Notes: generated by a model not told the origin, from the letters alone. DNA of 64,000 bases from an archaeon (GCA_043817075.1 JBDRHG010000023.1:11315-75314); one strand, 5' to 3'; shown: positions 27,197-36,270, counted from the first letter of the stretch. Translations and numbers: made by a program.

Positions 27197-28263
27197 TTGC
27201 TTTTCTCCACATGGAGCGTCTGGGTCGGGAACGCCATCTCGATGCCGGCCTTCTCGAACTCCTGCTTGATGCCGAGATTGATCTCCTGCTGTTTGTCCAT
27301 ATAGACTGCGTAGTCAGGCACGTCCATATAGTAGATGACCTCGAAGTTGAGGGAGAAATCGCCGAACTCCTTGAAGTGGGTCCGGTCCAGCTCGACCTTG
27401 GCCTGTTTTGCGATCTTCGTGACGATCTCATTGGCCTTCTTGAGCTTGGCGACCGACGTGTCATAGGTCAGTCCGAAGGTGAACGCGATGCGCCGTTTCT
27501 TCATGCGCTTGAAGTTGTTGACCCTCGTCGAGGTCAGCTCTTTGTTTGAGATGACGAGTTCCTCTCCCTGGAGAGTCTTTATCCTGGTGGTCTTGAGGCC
27601 GATCTGCTTGACGACGCCCTTATCGGCCCCGATCACGATGAAGTCTCCCTCTGTGAAGGGCTTATCGAAATAGATGGAGAAAGACGAGAAGATGTCCTCG
27701 AAGACATGTTGCAACGCGAACGCGATAGCCAGGCCGCCGATACCCAACCCCGCAATCAATGATGTGATCTGCACGCCGAAATTGGAGAGCAGGAAAAGCA
27801 AAGCCACGATCCAGACCACGATGCCTAGCGTCCGCTCGAGCACATGGAGATGGCCGACCGCGGTGTCTTCCGACTTCTTCCTTTTCTCGATCTCCTTATT
27901 GATCAGGTAGCCGATGACTTTCTGGATGCCTTTGATGCCGTAGAAGACCAGACAGATGACAAGGATATAGTTGAAGGCATTCGTCACCCATGGCGCGACC
28001 ACGATGAATCTCAGAGATATGTATACAGAGATGACCATGTAGAACGGCCACCCGATCTCGTCGATGAACTCGACGATGGCGTCGTCGATGTCGTTCTTGG
28101 TGCTCTTCGCGAACTTCTCGAGCCTTTTGAGCACGAAGAGCTTGAATATCTTGAGCAGGATGATAGTGCCGACGAAGATGCCCGCTGCCCAGAGGTAGTC
28201 GTTGCCTGAGTTCTGCGATAGGATCAGCATATCTGAGATCCATTGGTTGAAGTCGAATGCCAT
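27193..28263 (-). CDS. Mechanosensitive ion channel (MscS family) protein
   Basis: 356 aa with TM helices plus the MscS core (IAGLGIGGLAIAFALQ...GDFIVIGADKGVVKQIGLKTTRIKTLQGEELVISN). Confidence 0.85.
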   Translation of the reverse strand: MAFDFNQWISDMLILSQNSGNDYLWAAGIFVGTIILLKIFKLFVLKRLEKFAKSTKNDIDDAIVEFIDEIGWPFYMVISVYISLRFIVVAPWVTNAFNYILVICLVFYGIKGIQKVIGYLINKEIEKRKKSEDTAVGHLHVLERTLGIVVWIVALLFLLSNFGVQITSLIAGLGIGGLAIAFALQHVFEDIFSSFSIYFDKPFTEGDFIVIGADKGVVKQIGLKTTRIKTLQGEELVISNKELTSTRVNNFKRMKKRRIAFTFGLTYDTSVAKLKKANEIVTKIAKQAKVELDRTHFKEFGDFSLNFEVIYYMDVPDYAVYMDKQQEINLGIKQEFEKAGIEMAFPTQTLHVEKSK

Positions 28264-28318
28264 GTTGTATCCCCGATTTGTCCTGGTCCTGCTTCCTTAT
28301 AAACCTTTTGCTGGCACA

Positions 28319-28329
28319 AGCTTTTTAAA
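28319..28329 (+). promoter_or_regulatory. Putative BRE/TATA promoter (AGCTTTTTAAA) of tRNA-Arg
   Basis: Starts 40 nt before the mature 5' end. Same 11-mer as at 14359. Confidence 0.45.
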
Positions 28330-28358
28330 TCGAAATCGGTCACAGTCTCCATATTACT

Positions 28359-28433
28359 GGGTCTGTGGCCTAGTCTGGATATGGCGGCGGCCTTCTAAGC
28401 CGCAGGTCGTGGGTTCGAATCCCTCCAGACCCG
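28359..28433 (+). tRNA. tRNA-Arg (TCT)
   Basis: Hand-folded. Acceptor GGGTCTG/CAGACCC, anticodon stem GCGGC/GCCGC with loop CTTCTAA, T arm GTGGG-TTCGAAT-CCCTC (one U-U mismatch), discriminator G. Confidence 0.8.
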
Positions 28434-28460
28434 CGAACATAGTGAGTGGGGCTGGGGGCC

Positions 28461-28506
28461 CAGAAATCCGGAAGGATTTCTGTATGCCTCCAGACCCATC
28501 TTTTTT
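28461..28506 (+). terminator. Hairpin plus oligo-T downstream of tRNA-Arg
   Basis: Perfect 9-bp stem CAGAAATCC-GGAA-GGATTTCTG (28461-28482) followed by a T6 run at 28501-28506. Oligo-T tracts are the usual archaeal termination signal. Confidence 0.35.
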
Positions 28507-28610
28507 CAAAAAGCCTGGGGAACAGAAGGGGGCTGGGTTGGAGATCCAGGCCCTCGGATATCCCCTATACATTCCTTCATAGACATTTTCTTAATATGGA
28601 GTGGTGAAAC

Positions 28611-29702
28611 TCAGGGCAGCCAGCCCTTGTTGCTCTTGAGTTTCTTCGGCAGGTAGTCGGATATCACGAAATTCAGCCCCCACTTGGCCAAGGCCTGCTG
28701 TTCTGCCCTCACTTTCATCGTGATCATCTGCTTGAGTGCCACCTGCCACTCTTTGTGGGCCATGACGAATGGATCGTTCTTCAAGGCGTCCTTGGCACGT
28801 TTGATGTCGACATCCTTGAGCGGATGGGTCGGCAGCTTGTAGTCGATGACGTCCTGCGGGGTGACCCCGAGGAATTTGGCTTTCGGCACGCAGAAGAACT
28901 CATTGATGTGCGCTGCATTTCCCGATCCCACCTTCAGTGTCCGGTAGATATTCATGTGTCCGTATGGATCGTTATCGCAGAACACATACACGGGCAGCTC
29001 GTTCTCCTCGTTCAATTTGCGCATGAAGCGTCGGCATGAACGTGTCGGCACACCGCCCATGGAGATGAGGATGCAGTTGGAATTCTTCCAGAATTTATGC
29101 TTGTTGAGACGTTCGAACATACCTGCGGTCTCGATGGCCAGCACGAACGATGCCTTGGTCTCGAACTTGAGATGCTCCACGGATGATGGGACAGAGTAGG
29201 CGCCGCTGCCCATCTTGGTGCAGTCGATCTTGATCTCCTGGTCCGTGTCGGGATCGCGGTCGATGACGGTCAATTGACCAGCCACCGCTCCGCCATGCTC
29301 GCCAGGGATGAAGCCGATCTTCTCTCTGTTCACACGGAGCATGCCTTCGATGTCGTCCATGACGCTGTCTGACTCTGGCTGGTCCATGAACTTGGCGTCG
29401 CCCCAGTTCTTGCTGACATAGTACGCCTCCCTCTTCGTCGCGATGTCGTTCTGTTCGAGCAATTCCTTGGACAGTCCCATCATGCGTAGCGTCTGGGCGA
29501 AGGTCTTGATTGTGGATGCGGTGAGGGTACGTTCCTTCTCTTTTCCCACCAGTTCGAAGTAACCGTCCTTAGTGTCATAACGGACATTGGCAAGACTCCT
29601 GATAGGCATCTTCAGCGACGGTTGAACCTTCTTGATGATGCTCTTGTAGACATCTGTGGAGATGTCCTTGATCTGTTTGAGCGCATCACTCATCGTAATC
29701 AC
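28611..29702 (-). CDS. top6A: DNA topoisomerase VI subunit A (Spo11-like)
   Basis: 363 aa with the TOPRIM segment VFCDNDPYGHMNIY and the Top6A layout. Overlaps the top6B stop. Confidence 0.95.
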   Translation of the reverse strand: MITMSDALKQIKDISTDVYKSIIKKVQPSLKMPIRSLANVRYDTKDGYFELVGKEKERTLTASTIKTFAQTLRMMGLSKELLEQNDIATKREAYYVSKNWGDAKFMDQPESDSVMDDIEGMLRVNREKIGFIPGEHGGAVAGQLTVIDRDPDTDQEIKIDCTKMGSGAYSVPSSVEHLKFETKASFVLAIETAGMFERLNKHKFWKNSNCILISMGGVPTRSCRRFMRKLNEENELPVYVFCDNDPYGHMNIYRTLKVGSGNAAHINEFFCVPKAKFLGVTPQDVIDYKLPTHPLKDVDIKRAKDALKNDPFVMAHKEWQVALKQMITMKVRAEQQALAKWGLNFVISDYLPKKLKSNKGWLP

Positions 29703-31422
29703 CTAGTGCGGTCTGGCCCTTCTTCTCCTTCTCAGGTCCTGGCTCCTTGTCGTCTGCGGACGGAGCGTCCTCAGATTTCTTCTTACCCTTGTGGATGCCG
29801 ATCTTTGCCAGCTCTGGATCATAGTCTGGATTGTCGACCTCGAACTTCTCGAGCGTACCGCGCTTCTTCTCCAAGACGTCCTTCAAGGTCGACATGACTC
29901 GGCCTTCTTCCTGTTCGGAGAGGCCCAAGATATCCTTGAGCGCGCCCGCCACGTGAGGGATATACTTCTCGATGTAGGAACGTTTCTTGAACTCTTCGCC
30001 GACCCGCTTCTTCTTGTTGATGTAGGAGCCCAGCTTCCTGCCGACTTCCTGCAGTGCGAGACGGATGTCCTTGATGATCTCAGGATAGTGCGCGATGGCT
30101 TCCTTGCTCTCGCTGGTGAAGGGGACCCAGACGCTTGCGATGTGCACGACGATGGTGAGCGGACCGACCGGGATGGATCCCTGGCTCTGCGACAATCCGT
30201 AGCCGCGCCAGGACGTCCCGATGATTGATTTGGTCACGGCGCATGCGGACTGCTGGTACAGCAGCGGCACACGGTTTGCGAAGCGCATGATCCGTCCAGA
30301 CTCGTCGCCGGGCTGGTCGCCGCCGTAGGCCACACCGGCCTCGATGGCGAAGGGATTGCCCCTATACACATTGGGCGGTCTCGACACTGCGGCGTAGAAC
30401 TCTGCGTTGATCTCTTTTCGCATGCCTTTCTCCAGGAGTTCAGCACCTATGGGTGAGATGCAATCCGTCGGCGGCGAGATGATCTTTGTGTCGGCGATGC
30501 CCTTGATGAGTTTCTCTGCCATCTCGCGGGACACCACTTTTGGTTTTGTGTTGGGCAGGATGGCCGCTTCCTCGCAGATCTGTTTCGCCGTCCCTGGTCC
30601 CACGCGGGAGAACTCAGAGGTCAGGAAGGCTTGCAAGGTGCGGGCCTCGGTCACTTTCAGCATGCTCATGAGGCGGCCCAGCTCGACACCGTATGGATGC
30701 GGCTTGATCTCTTTGGACCTCGCCGGTATCTGGTCGGTCGATCGCGCGAATATCATCTGCGCGCCCTTCGGTGGCTGATAGATTATGGTGACGTGGGGAT
30801 TGACGATGGCGGTCTCCTTGAGGTATTCGTCGATGCTCTGTTTACCGCCGCTATAGGATGCCTCCAGGTCCAGTTCCACCCTGGTGCCGTGGTCCAGGGC
30901 GAACTCCACTATGTCCTCGGCCACGATCTCAGGCTTGTTCTTCTGGGTGTCCACATGCAGTTCATAGTAGTTAGCCGGATGGGTCTTGTCGATGCGCGAG
31001 ACTATCTTGGCAGGACGGCCTGTGGTCAGCTGCGCGTACATGACGGATGCGGAGATGCCGATTCCCTGTTGGCCTCGGGATTGTGAGAGCTTGAAGAATT
31101 TCGATCCATAGAGGAGCTTTGCGAAGATTTTGGGGATCTGTTCCTTGACGATGCCTGGACCGTTGTCCTCCACGATGACCCTGAACCGGTCATTGCCCAT
31201 GTCCACGACTTCGACCGTGATCTCGGGGAGTATGCCCACTTCCTCACATGCGTCGAGTGAGTTGTCCACCGCCTCCTTGATGGTGGTCATGAGGGCTTTC
31301 TTCTTGTTGTCGAAACCGAGGAGATGGCGGTTCTTCGAGAAGAATTCCGCGACGGAGATATCACGCTGTCCCTTTGCCAATTCCTGCGCTGCTATTGTCT
31401 TCTCTGCCATGTAGGCGATCAC
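29686..31422 (-). CDS. top6B: DNA topoisomerase VI subunit B (GHKL ATPase)
   Basis: Bergerat-fold motifs EAVDNSLDA and DNGPGI. 578 aa with an acidic/lysine-rich C-terminal tail. Confidence 0.95.
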   Translation of the reverse strand: MIAYMAEKTIAAQELAKGQRDISVAEFFSKNRHLLGFDNKKKALMTTIKEAVDNSLDACEEVGILPEITVEVVDMGNDRFRVIVEDNGPGIVKEQIPKIFAKLLYGSKFFKLSQSRGQQGIGISASVMYAQLTTGRPAKIVSRIDKTHPANYYELHVDTQKNKPEIVAEDIVEFALDHGTRVELDLEASYSGGKQSIDEYLKETAIVNPHVTIIYQPPKGAQMIFARSTDQIPARSKEIKPHPYGVELGRLMSMLKVTEARTLQAFLTSEFSRVGPGTAKQICEEAAILPNTKPKVVSREMAEKLIKGIADTKIISPPTDCISPIGAELLEKGMRKEINAEFYAAVSRPPNVYRGNPFAIEAGVAYGGDQPGDESGRIMRFANRVPLLYQQSACAVTKSIIGTSWRGYGLSQSQGSIPVGPLTIVVHIASVWVPFTSESKEAIAHYPEIIKDIRLALQEVGRKLGSYINKKKRVGEEFKKRSYIEKYIPHVAGALKDILGLSEQEEGRVMSTLKDVLEKKRGTLEKFEVDNPDYDPELAKIGIHKGKKKSEDAPSADDKEPGPEKEKKGQTALGDYDE

Positions 31423-31482
31423 CTCTGCTATCTACCGAACCTGGCTCAGTTTAAAAAAATTGTTGCCCTGCACTAGCGGCAT

Positions 31483-32073
31483 CTACCGTAGTTTGGCGAG
31501 AAGTAGGTCCTTATCCGTCTCGTCGACGATGCCGTCGAGGTTGAGGTCGGAGAGGTATAACTGGTCCATGTCCAGGGATGAGAATCCGTCAAGGAAGGAT
31601 GAGAGGAGCAAGGCATCGTCGGGGGTCACCCTCCGGTCGGCATCGAGGTCGCCAAACATGACGGGCACCCTCGAGATCTTGCCATGGAGATAGTCTTCGA
31701 GTATCTGACGGTCGCGGGAATCCAGCCTGCCGTTGTCGTCGACGTCACCATAGGCCTTGTGCTCGGGCGTCGCGCGGGTATCGCCTCGCTCGATAGATCG
31801 GAGCAGGGCTTCGTCATCAGGATCGATGAGGCCATCACCGTTGACATCGCCTATCTCCCTCGTATTGTCGACGAGACGCGTCATGGCCTGTGCGGCCAGA
31901 TTCTCGCGGGCGGCGCCTGCAGCAGGAGGCAGAGAATAGAACACTTCCTCATCAGAGGCAGCATCCTGATTGCTGAGCAGGGTGATGGTCGCGGCCGCGA
32001 TGAGAAACACGATGGTCAGGGCGAGGATGAGCTTGTCCTCTTTTCCCTTGGGTATATGGGTAGGCCTAGCCAT
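31483..32073 (-). CDS. Membrane-anchored protein with two dockerin-type (paired EF-hand-like) modules
   Basis: Four Ca-binding-type repeats: GDVNGDGLIDPDDEALL, GDVDDNGRLDSRDRQILEDYL, GDLDADRRVTPDDALLL, SDLNLDGIVDETDKDLLLAKL. Start set to ATG 32073 (MARPTHIPKGKEDKLILALTIVFLIAAATITLL), ~25 nt downstream of a TATTTAAA box. Confidence 0.65.
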   Translation of the reverse strand: MARPTHIPKGKEDKLILALTIVFLIAAATITLLSNQDAASDEEVFYSLPPAAGAARENLAAQAMTRLVDNTREIGDVNGDGLIDPDDEALLRSIERGDTRATPEHKAYGDVDDNGRLDSRDRQILEDYLHGKISRVPVMFGDLDADRRVTPDDALLLSSFLDGFSSLDMDQLYLSDLNLDGIVDETDKDLLLAKLR

Positions 32074-32130
32074 GCAGGTTCCATACCCTCCCCACTTTAA
32101 ATACTTTTTGGCGAGGCTGACTCTCAATTG

Positions 32131-32682
32131 TTAGTCATCTGTCGATAGGCCCATGCTGCGCATCTTGAGCGCAGAACGCATCTTCTCCAGCCAGGTATAG
32201 ACCTTCTTATGCGGGCTTCCCCGCACCAGCATCTCGATGGCCCTCCTGGCGATAGAGAGGTTGCTGGGATCACCGATGATGCAGACCGTCTTGCCGTATA
32301 CAGAGATGCTGGTCTCTGTCAGATCCTCGATGATGCGTCGGGTCTTTCCGTCCTGGCCGATGATGCGGCCCTTGATGCGCAGCAAATCGGTCTTGTTCCG
32401 TGAGAAATCCTGTATATTGATAGATTCGAACAGATAGTCTGATTTGAGCAGTTCCATGGCGGTCTCCGGATTGAAGCCCCGGGCTACTGCCAGGATGATC
32501 TCCCTTGTGGTATAAAGCTTTATCGCGTCCTCTCCCTCGACGAAGACGTCGCCCTCTTTGGAGTCGACCTTCAATCTGGTGTCGGTATCCTCTTCGAGGC
32601 GTTTCTTGATCTCGCCGTTCTTCCCGATCAGGACCGCGACCCTCTCCTTGGGGATCTTGAGCTCGTAGGAAAAAGTAGTCAT
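32131..32682 (-). CDS. KH-domain RNA-binding protein (archaeal Dim2/Pno1-like)
   Basis: Two KH motifs (VLIGKNGEIKKRLEE, GRIIGQDGKTRRIIED). Start set at ATG 32682 (MTTFSYELKIP), 28 nt downstream of a TATTTAAATA box. Confidence 0.8.
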   Translation of the reverse strand: MTTFSYELKIPKERVAVLIGKNGEIKKRLEEDTDTRLKVDSKEGDVFVEGEDAIKLYTTREIILAVARGFNPETAMELLKSDYLFESINIQDFSRNKTDLLRIKGRIIGQDGKTRRIIEDLTETSISVYGKTVCIIGDPSNLSIARRAIEMLVRGSPHKKVYTWLEKMRSALKMRSMGLSTDD

Positions 32683-32770
32683 AGCCTCGGAGGAGCCGGG
32701 GTTATATTTAAATACTTTTGCTGGAATACCGACCAAAAGGTATTTAAACGTCTAATATGAGAAAGGTAGC

Positions 32771-33109
32771 ATGCCAGAACATGATCCTCAAGCGGTCAAG
32801 CAGGAGTTCTCATCAGGTATGCGCCAGTTACGAGATTCGGTGATGCAACTCAATACCTTGCTCGAGCCCATGGCTGAGAAGAACATCTCGTCGCGAAATC
32901 CCCTGTTCGAGAAGAAGCTCGAGGTCCATAGGAGTCTTCTCGATCTCGTCCGGCAGCAGGAGGAACTGTCCGAGGGCATCATCGCTCTGCTCCAGGTCAT
33001 CGACGAATACGCGACCTCTCGTGTGCGGAGACCGCCTATGCCCCCTCCGCCCAGGCCGGCCAATAATCCATTCATCCTCGGCGAGGGAGCAACCCAAAAC
33101 TTTAAATAG
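32771..33109 (+). CDS. Hypothetical coiled-coil protein with proline-rich C-terminus
   Basis: 112 aa. A TATTTAAAC box lies 28 nt upstream of the ATG. It sits immediately upstream of the pilin-like cluster, and the cluster's TATA box is at its 3' end. Confidence 0.45.
   Translation: MPEHDPQAVKQEFSSGMRQLRDSVMQLNTLLEPMAEKNISSRNPLFEKKLEVHRSLLDLVRQQEELSEGIIALLQVIDEYATSRVRRPPMPPPPRPANNPFILGEGATQNFK
33100..33108 (+). promoter_or_regulatory. Putative TATA box (CTTTAAATA) of the pilin-like cluster
   Basis: ~60 nt upstream of ATG 33166. A GGTGAT Shine-Dalgarno-like element lies at 33154-33159. Confidence 0.4.
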
Positions 33110-33165
33110 TACAATAGTTATTGTCAGTTCGTTACGAAAATCGATAAAAAAAGCGGTGATTGTTG

Positions 33166-33738
33166 ATGATGTCCAAGAAGGCAGAAAAATCTCTCCAAAT
33201 GATATTCGGGCTCTTCATCCTTCTCATCATCTCTCTGGTGGTGCTGAGCCTTTTCTTCAAGTTCACTGAGAAATCCAGTTCGTCCATGGCCACGGCTTCG
33301 GACGAGTGGTTCTCCAAAGCGGCGATCGACAATGCCCAACAGGAATGTGAGGTGTTGTGCGAGAACATCAAGGATGTCAACACCGGCATCGAGTTCTGCA
33401 AACGGTATATGCGGATAGACTTCACTGGTGACAACCTCTTGGAGGATATGTACTCCTATGGTCAATGGGATATCTGTGAAGACAAGGTGCCGTGCTTCGT
33501 GCTCGTCGACAACTGCAAAGGTGGGACGTATGACGGCAACAAATGTCATGATCTGCTCGTTTCCCGACGGAATGACGCATACATAGCTCTCATCAATGAG
33601 ATGGACGTCGGGCAGGCTGATGCTGATGAAGGCACCTGTGGACTTGATGACGAGGATATCGCCATCACCAACAACTGGAAGATCAAGTTCGATTTCCTAG
33701 GTGGTGCCCTAATCGATCCGTATGCACCGATTCCCTAA
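33166..33738 (+). CDS. Cluster protein A: prepilin-like N-terminus, Cys-containing extracellular domain
   Basis: MMSKKAEKSLQMIFGLFILLIISLVVLSLFF (basic segment then hydrophobic helix). The ORF-track start at 33160 is TTG, and I prefer ATG 33166. SD-like GGTGAT upstream. Confidence 0.65.
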   Translation: MMSKKAEKSLQMIFGLFILLIISLVVLSLFFKFTEKSSSSMATASDEWFSKAAIDNAQQECEVLCENIKDVNTGIEFCKRYMRIDFTGDNLLEDMYSYGQWDICEDKVPCFVLVDNCKGGTYDGNKCHDLLVSRRNDAYIALINEMDVGQADADEGTCGLDDEDIAITNNWKIKFDFLGGALIDPYAPIP

Positions 33739-33753
33739 TTTTTTTTTCTTCTT

Positions 33754-35667
33754 ATGATTCCATCAAAACGGGCGGCGACCGTCATCAACATCGTGCTTCT
33801 TATCGCAGTCCTCGTCGTGTCCATCATCGTCATGTTCTCCCTGCAGAAGATATTCAACTGGCAGGCCCGCGCTGTCGAGACCGACACCGCATCCGCTATC
33901 GTCGAGATGATCCAGATCGAGATCGAGCGCGTGCTGCAGAAACGTGAGGACACGGATTTCTCCATCAGCATCCCTTACGCCGTAGACTACAAGGCCAACA
34001 TCTCACAGGGCAAGATCACCATGGAGTTCTTGGAGTCCGACATATCGGTCAAGAAGAATTTCATCATCCCCAACAGCCACGTGCTGCCGAGCGAATTCGA
34101 GAGCGCGGGCACGGTCCATATCTACAAGTTCGGCCGCACCATCCTCGTCACCAACAATCTCACCTGTGAGCCGCTCGACCAGCGATGCGATCCTGGCTGC
34201 GCGGTGTTAGGGATATGCGATCGGCAGTGCTACCGGGACAATACCGTCGACTTCGTGTGCAACCAGATATGCATCGACACCAATAATGACGGCAAGTCGG
34301 ACGGCAGGGATGCCGACGGCATCTGCGACCCCGACTGCTATGACAACGAAAAAGGCGGATTCTATTTCGACATCGATTGCATGCGGACAGACGACGGCAT
34401 CTGCGATCCTGACACCCATAATGTGCGGGATGGATTCTGCGACACCGATTGCGCCGGCACGAACGGCGTATGCGATGTGGACTGCACCGCTATCCTCGGC
34501 GCCTTCGATGCGGACTGCACCCATCGTCGCAACGGGGCATGCGAGACGCAGCTCGGCGAGAACTGCCTGTTCTATCCCGAGGATTGCGATTGCGGAGCCG
34601 GGCGGGCATGCAAGTACGGCTGCGCAAAGGACCCGCCCTATACCTTCGACCCGGATGGATGGGGTTGCGTGCCGGCGGCCGAGAATGTAGGCACCGGTCT
34701 GGAATGCGCTTCGTCCTGCCAATGCGGAGGGGACGACCGTTGCGACCATACCGGCCATTGCTGTCCTGAAGAGACATATTTCAACGGTGCAACGTGCGTG
34801 AGGTACGACAGCGACGGTACCTGCACTACGGATGATCCCTTGTTCCCGGCAGAGACCTGCCTGACGTCAACGATGGATTGCCTCTGCGCGACCGATCCGG
34901 ATAATCCGGTCTGCTGTCCAGGCGCAATCACCGGGACAAAGGACGGATGCGCACCGAAGATCGACGAAGGTGCATCGGCGGAGCCTTGTTGGTGCGACGG
35001 ACAATGCTCGGGCCAGGACAAATGTAAGAACAACCATTGTTGCGGTCCTGGATATATCTGGGATGACGTTGCCGGCGTTTGTGTGCTTGATCCAAGCGGC
35101 TGCGAGATACCTGAGCAGGCTCAGTTCCCTGGATGCAATTGTCAGAAGATGCCGAGCCTCTGTAGCGGTGGGCAGGTATGCTGTGCCTCAGGTCCGAACC
35201 TCAACGAGGATACCCTATGCTCCGACGGTTCCGGCAATAAGGGTACTGGTGAGGGTTGTGATTGCGGCACCGAGTGTTCGTCAGGCATCTGCTCACCTAT
35301 CCCCCGATATTCCCGTTGCGTGCCAACTCGTTGGTACCATTGCCGCGGGAGCGATTGCCAGCTGGAGTTCGTAGAGGACGTAACGATCAACATCGCGGAT
35401 CCCACGGCGTTCGGCCTCAACTGTGATGACCACAATACCTTGGACAATTTCGTGAGGAATGCCGCGGGCTATGAGGAGACCGATCCGATGACTGGTGCCG
35501 TCACACGGCCATACTCTGCGCTCGACGCTTGTCTCCCACTGAGTGACGGCATCATCTGCAATATCCAGAACACTGGTGGGGATATCTGCTATGCGACCCA
35601 AGGCAATCCTCTGAACCACTGGGAGCGTCATTTCCCCAATGATTGGGAGGTCAACTATTGGGATTAG
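33754..35667 (+). CDS. Cluster protein B: N-terminally anchored, extremely cysteine-rich surface protein (637 aa)
   Basis: N-terminal KRAATVINIVLLIAVLVVSIIVMF. About 62 Cys by my count. Repeated DG(I/V)CD(P/V/T)DC units and four C.C...C....CC(P/G) units. Confidence 0.75.
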   Translation: MIPSKRAATVINIVLLIAVLVVSIIVMFSLQKIFNWQARAVETDTASAIVEMIQIEIERVLQKREDTDFSISIPYAVDYKANISQGKITMEFLESDISVKKNFIIPNSHVLPSEFESAGTVHIYKFGRTILVTNNLTCEPLDQRCDPGCAVLGICDRQCYRDNTVDFVCNQICIDTNNDGKSDGRDADGICDPDCYDNEKGGFYFDIDCMRTDDGICDPDTHNVRDGFCDTDCAGTNGVCDVDCTAILGAFDADCTHRRNGACETQLGENCLFYPEDCDCGAGRACKYGCAKDPPYTFDPDGWGCVPAAENVGTGLECASSCQCGGDDRCDHTGHCCPEETYFNGATCVRYDSDGTCTTDDPLFPAETCLTSTMDCLCATDPDNPVCCPGAITGTKDGCAPKIDEGASAEPCWCDGQCSGQDKCKNNHCCGPGYIWDDVAGVCVLDPSGCEIPEQAQFPGCNCQKMPSLCSGGQVCCASGPNLNEDTLCSDGSGNKGTGEGCDCGTECSSGICSPIPRYSRCVPTRWYHCRGSDCQLEFVEDVTINIADPTAFGLNCDDHNTLDNFVRNAAGYEETDPMTGAVTRPYSALDACLPLSDGIICNIQNTGGDICYATQGNPLNHWERHFPNDWEVNYWD

Positions 35668-35676
35668 TGAGCACTC

Positions 35677-36270
35677 ATGAGACACACCCTCCTTTTGCTC
35701 GGAAGCTTTCTCATCCTCATCGCTACGGTCCACGCTCTCGGTTTCTGTGGGGACAACGATTGCGGTGGCACAGAATCATACTATTCTTGTCCGGATGATT
35801 GTCCGGAATCCGGCTGGGACCAGTCATGCAATCCTTCCAGGAATGGCGATTGCGATCCCGATTGCCGCGAGCGCGATCCTGACTGCAGGGAGTATCTCAT
35901 CGAGTCGGGCGCCATCCAGAAGGAAGAGCTCCCGCCATCCATGAGGCCGCCGAGCATCCAACGCGTGGTGTTATTCCTGCTCATGTTCACCATGATGGGT
36001 GTCTTTCTCTTCATCGTGGTGCATAAGATCAGGCACAAGGGACGGACGGAAGGCAGCCCTCGTCAGCCTGTGCAACCGCCGCCGTCTCAGCCACCTCTGC
36101 AGCAGATCGAGCAGCAGTACGTCCAGCAATACGCACAGCAGTATGCACGGCAATATTCTCAGAACCAGGCTGGACAATACAATAATCGACCGCAACCTCA
36201 GCAGCAACCTTTTCAACCGCCCCCTCAACAGCCCCAACGACCCCAACAGCAATGGAGGCAGAACCCATGA
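35677..36270 (+). CDS. Cluster protein C: signal peptide, CGDxxCG...CPDDC Cys module, TM helix, Q/P/Y-rich tail
   Basis: MRHTLLLLGSFLILIATVHA signal. FCGDNDCGGTESYYSCPDDC...GDCDPDCRERDPDC. TM VVLFLLMFTMMGVFLFIVV. Tail QQIEQQYVQQYAQQYARQYSQNQ...PQQQPFQPPPQQPQRPQQQ. Confidence 0.7.
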   Translation: MRHTLLLLGSFLILIATVHALGFCGDNDCGGTESYYSCPDDCPESGWDQSCNPSRNGDCDPDCRERDPDCREYLIESGAIQKEELPPSMRPPSIQRVVLFLLMFTMMGVFLFIVVHKIRHKGRTEGSPRQPVQPPPSQPPLQQIEQQYVQQYAQQYARQYSQNQAGQYNNRPQPQQQPFQPPPQQPQRPQQQWRQNP

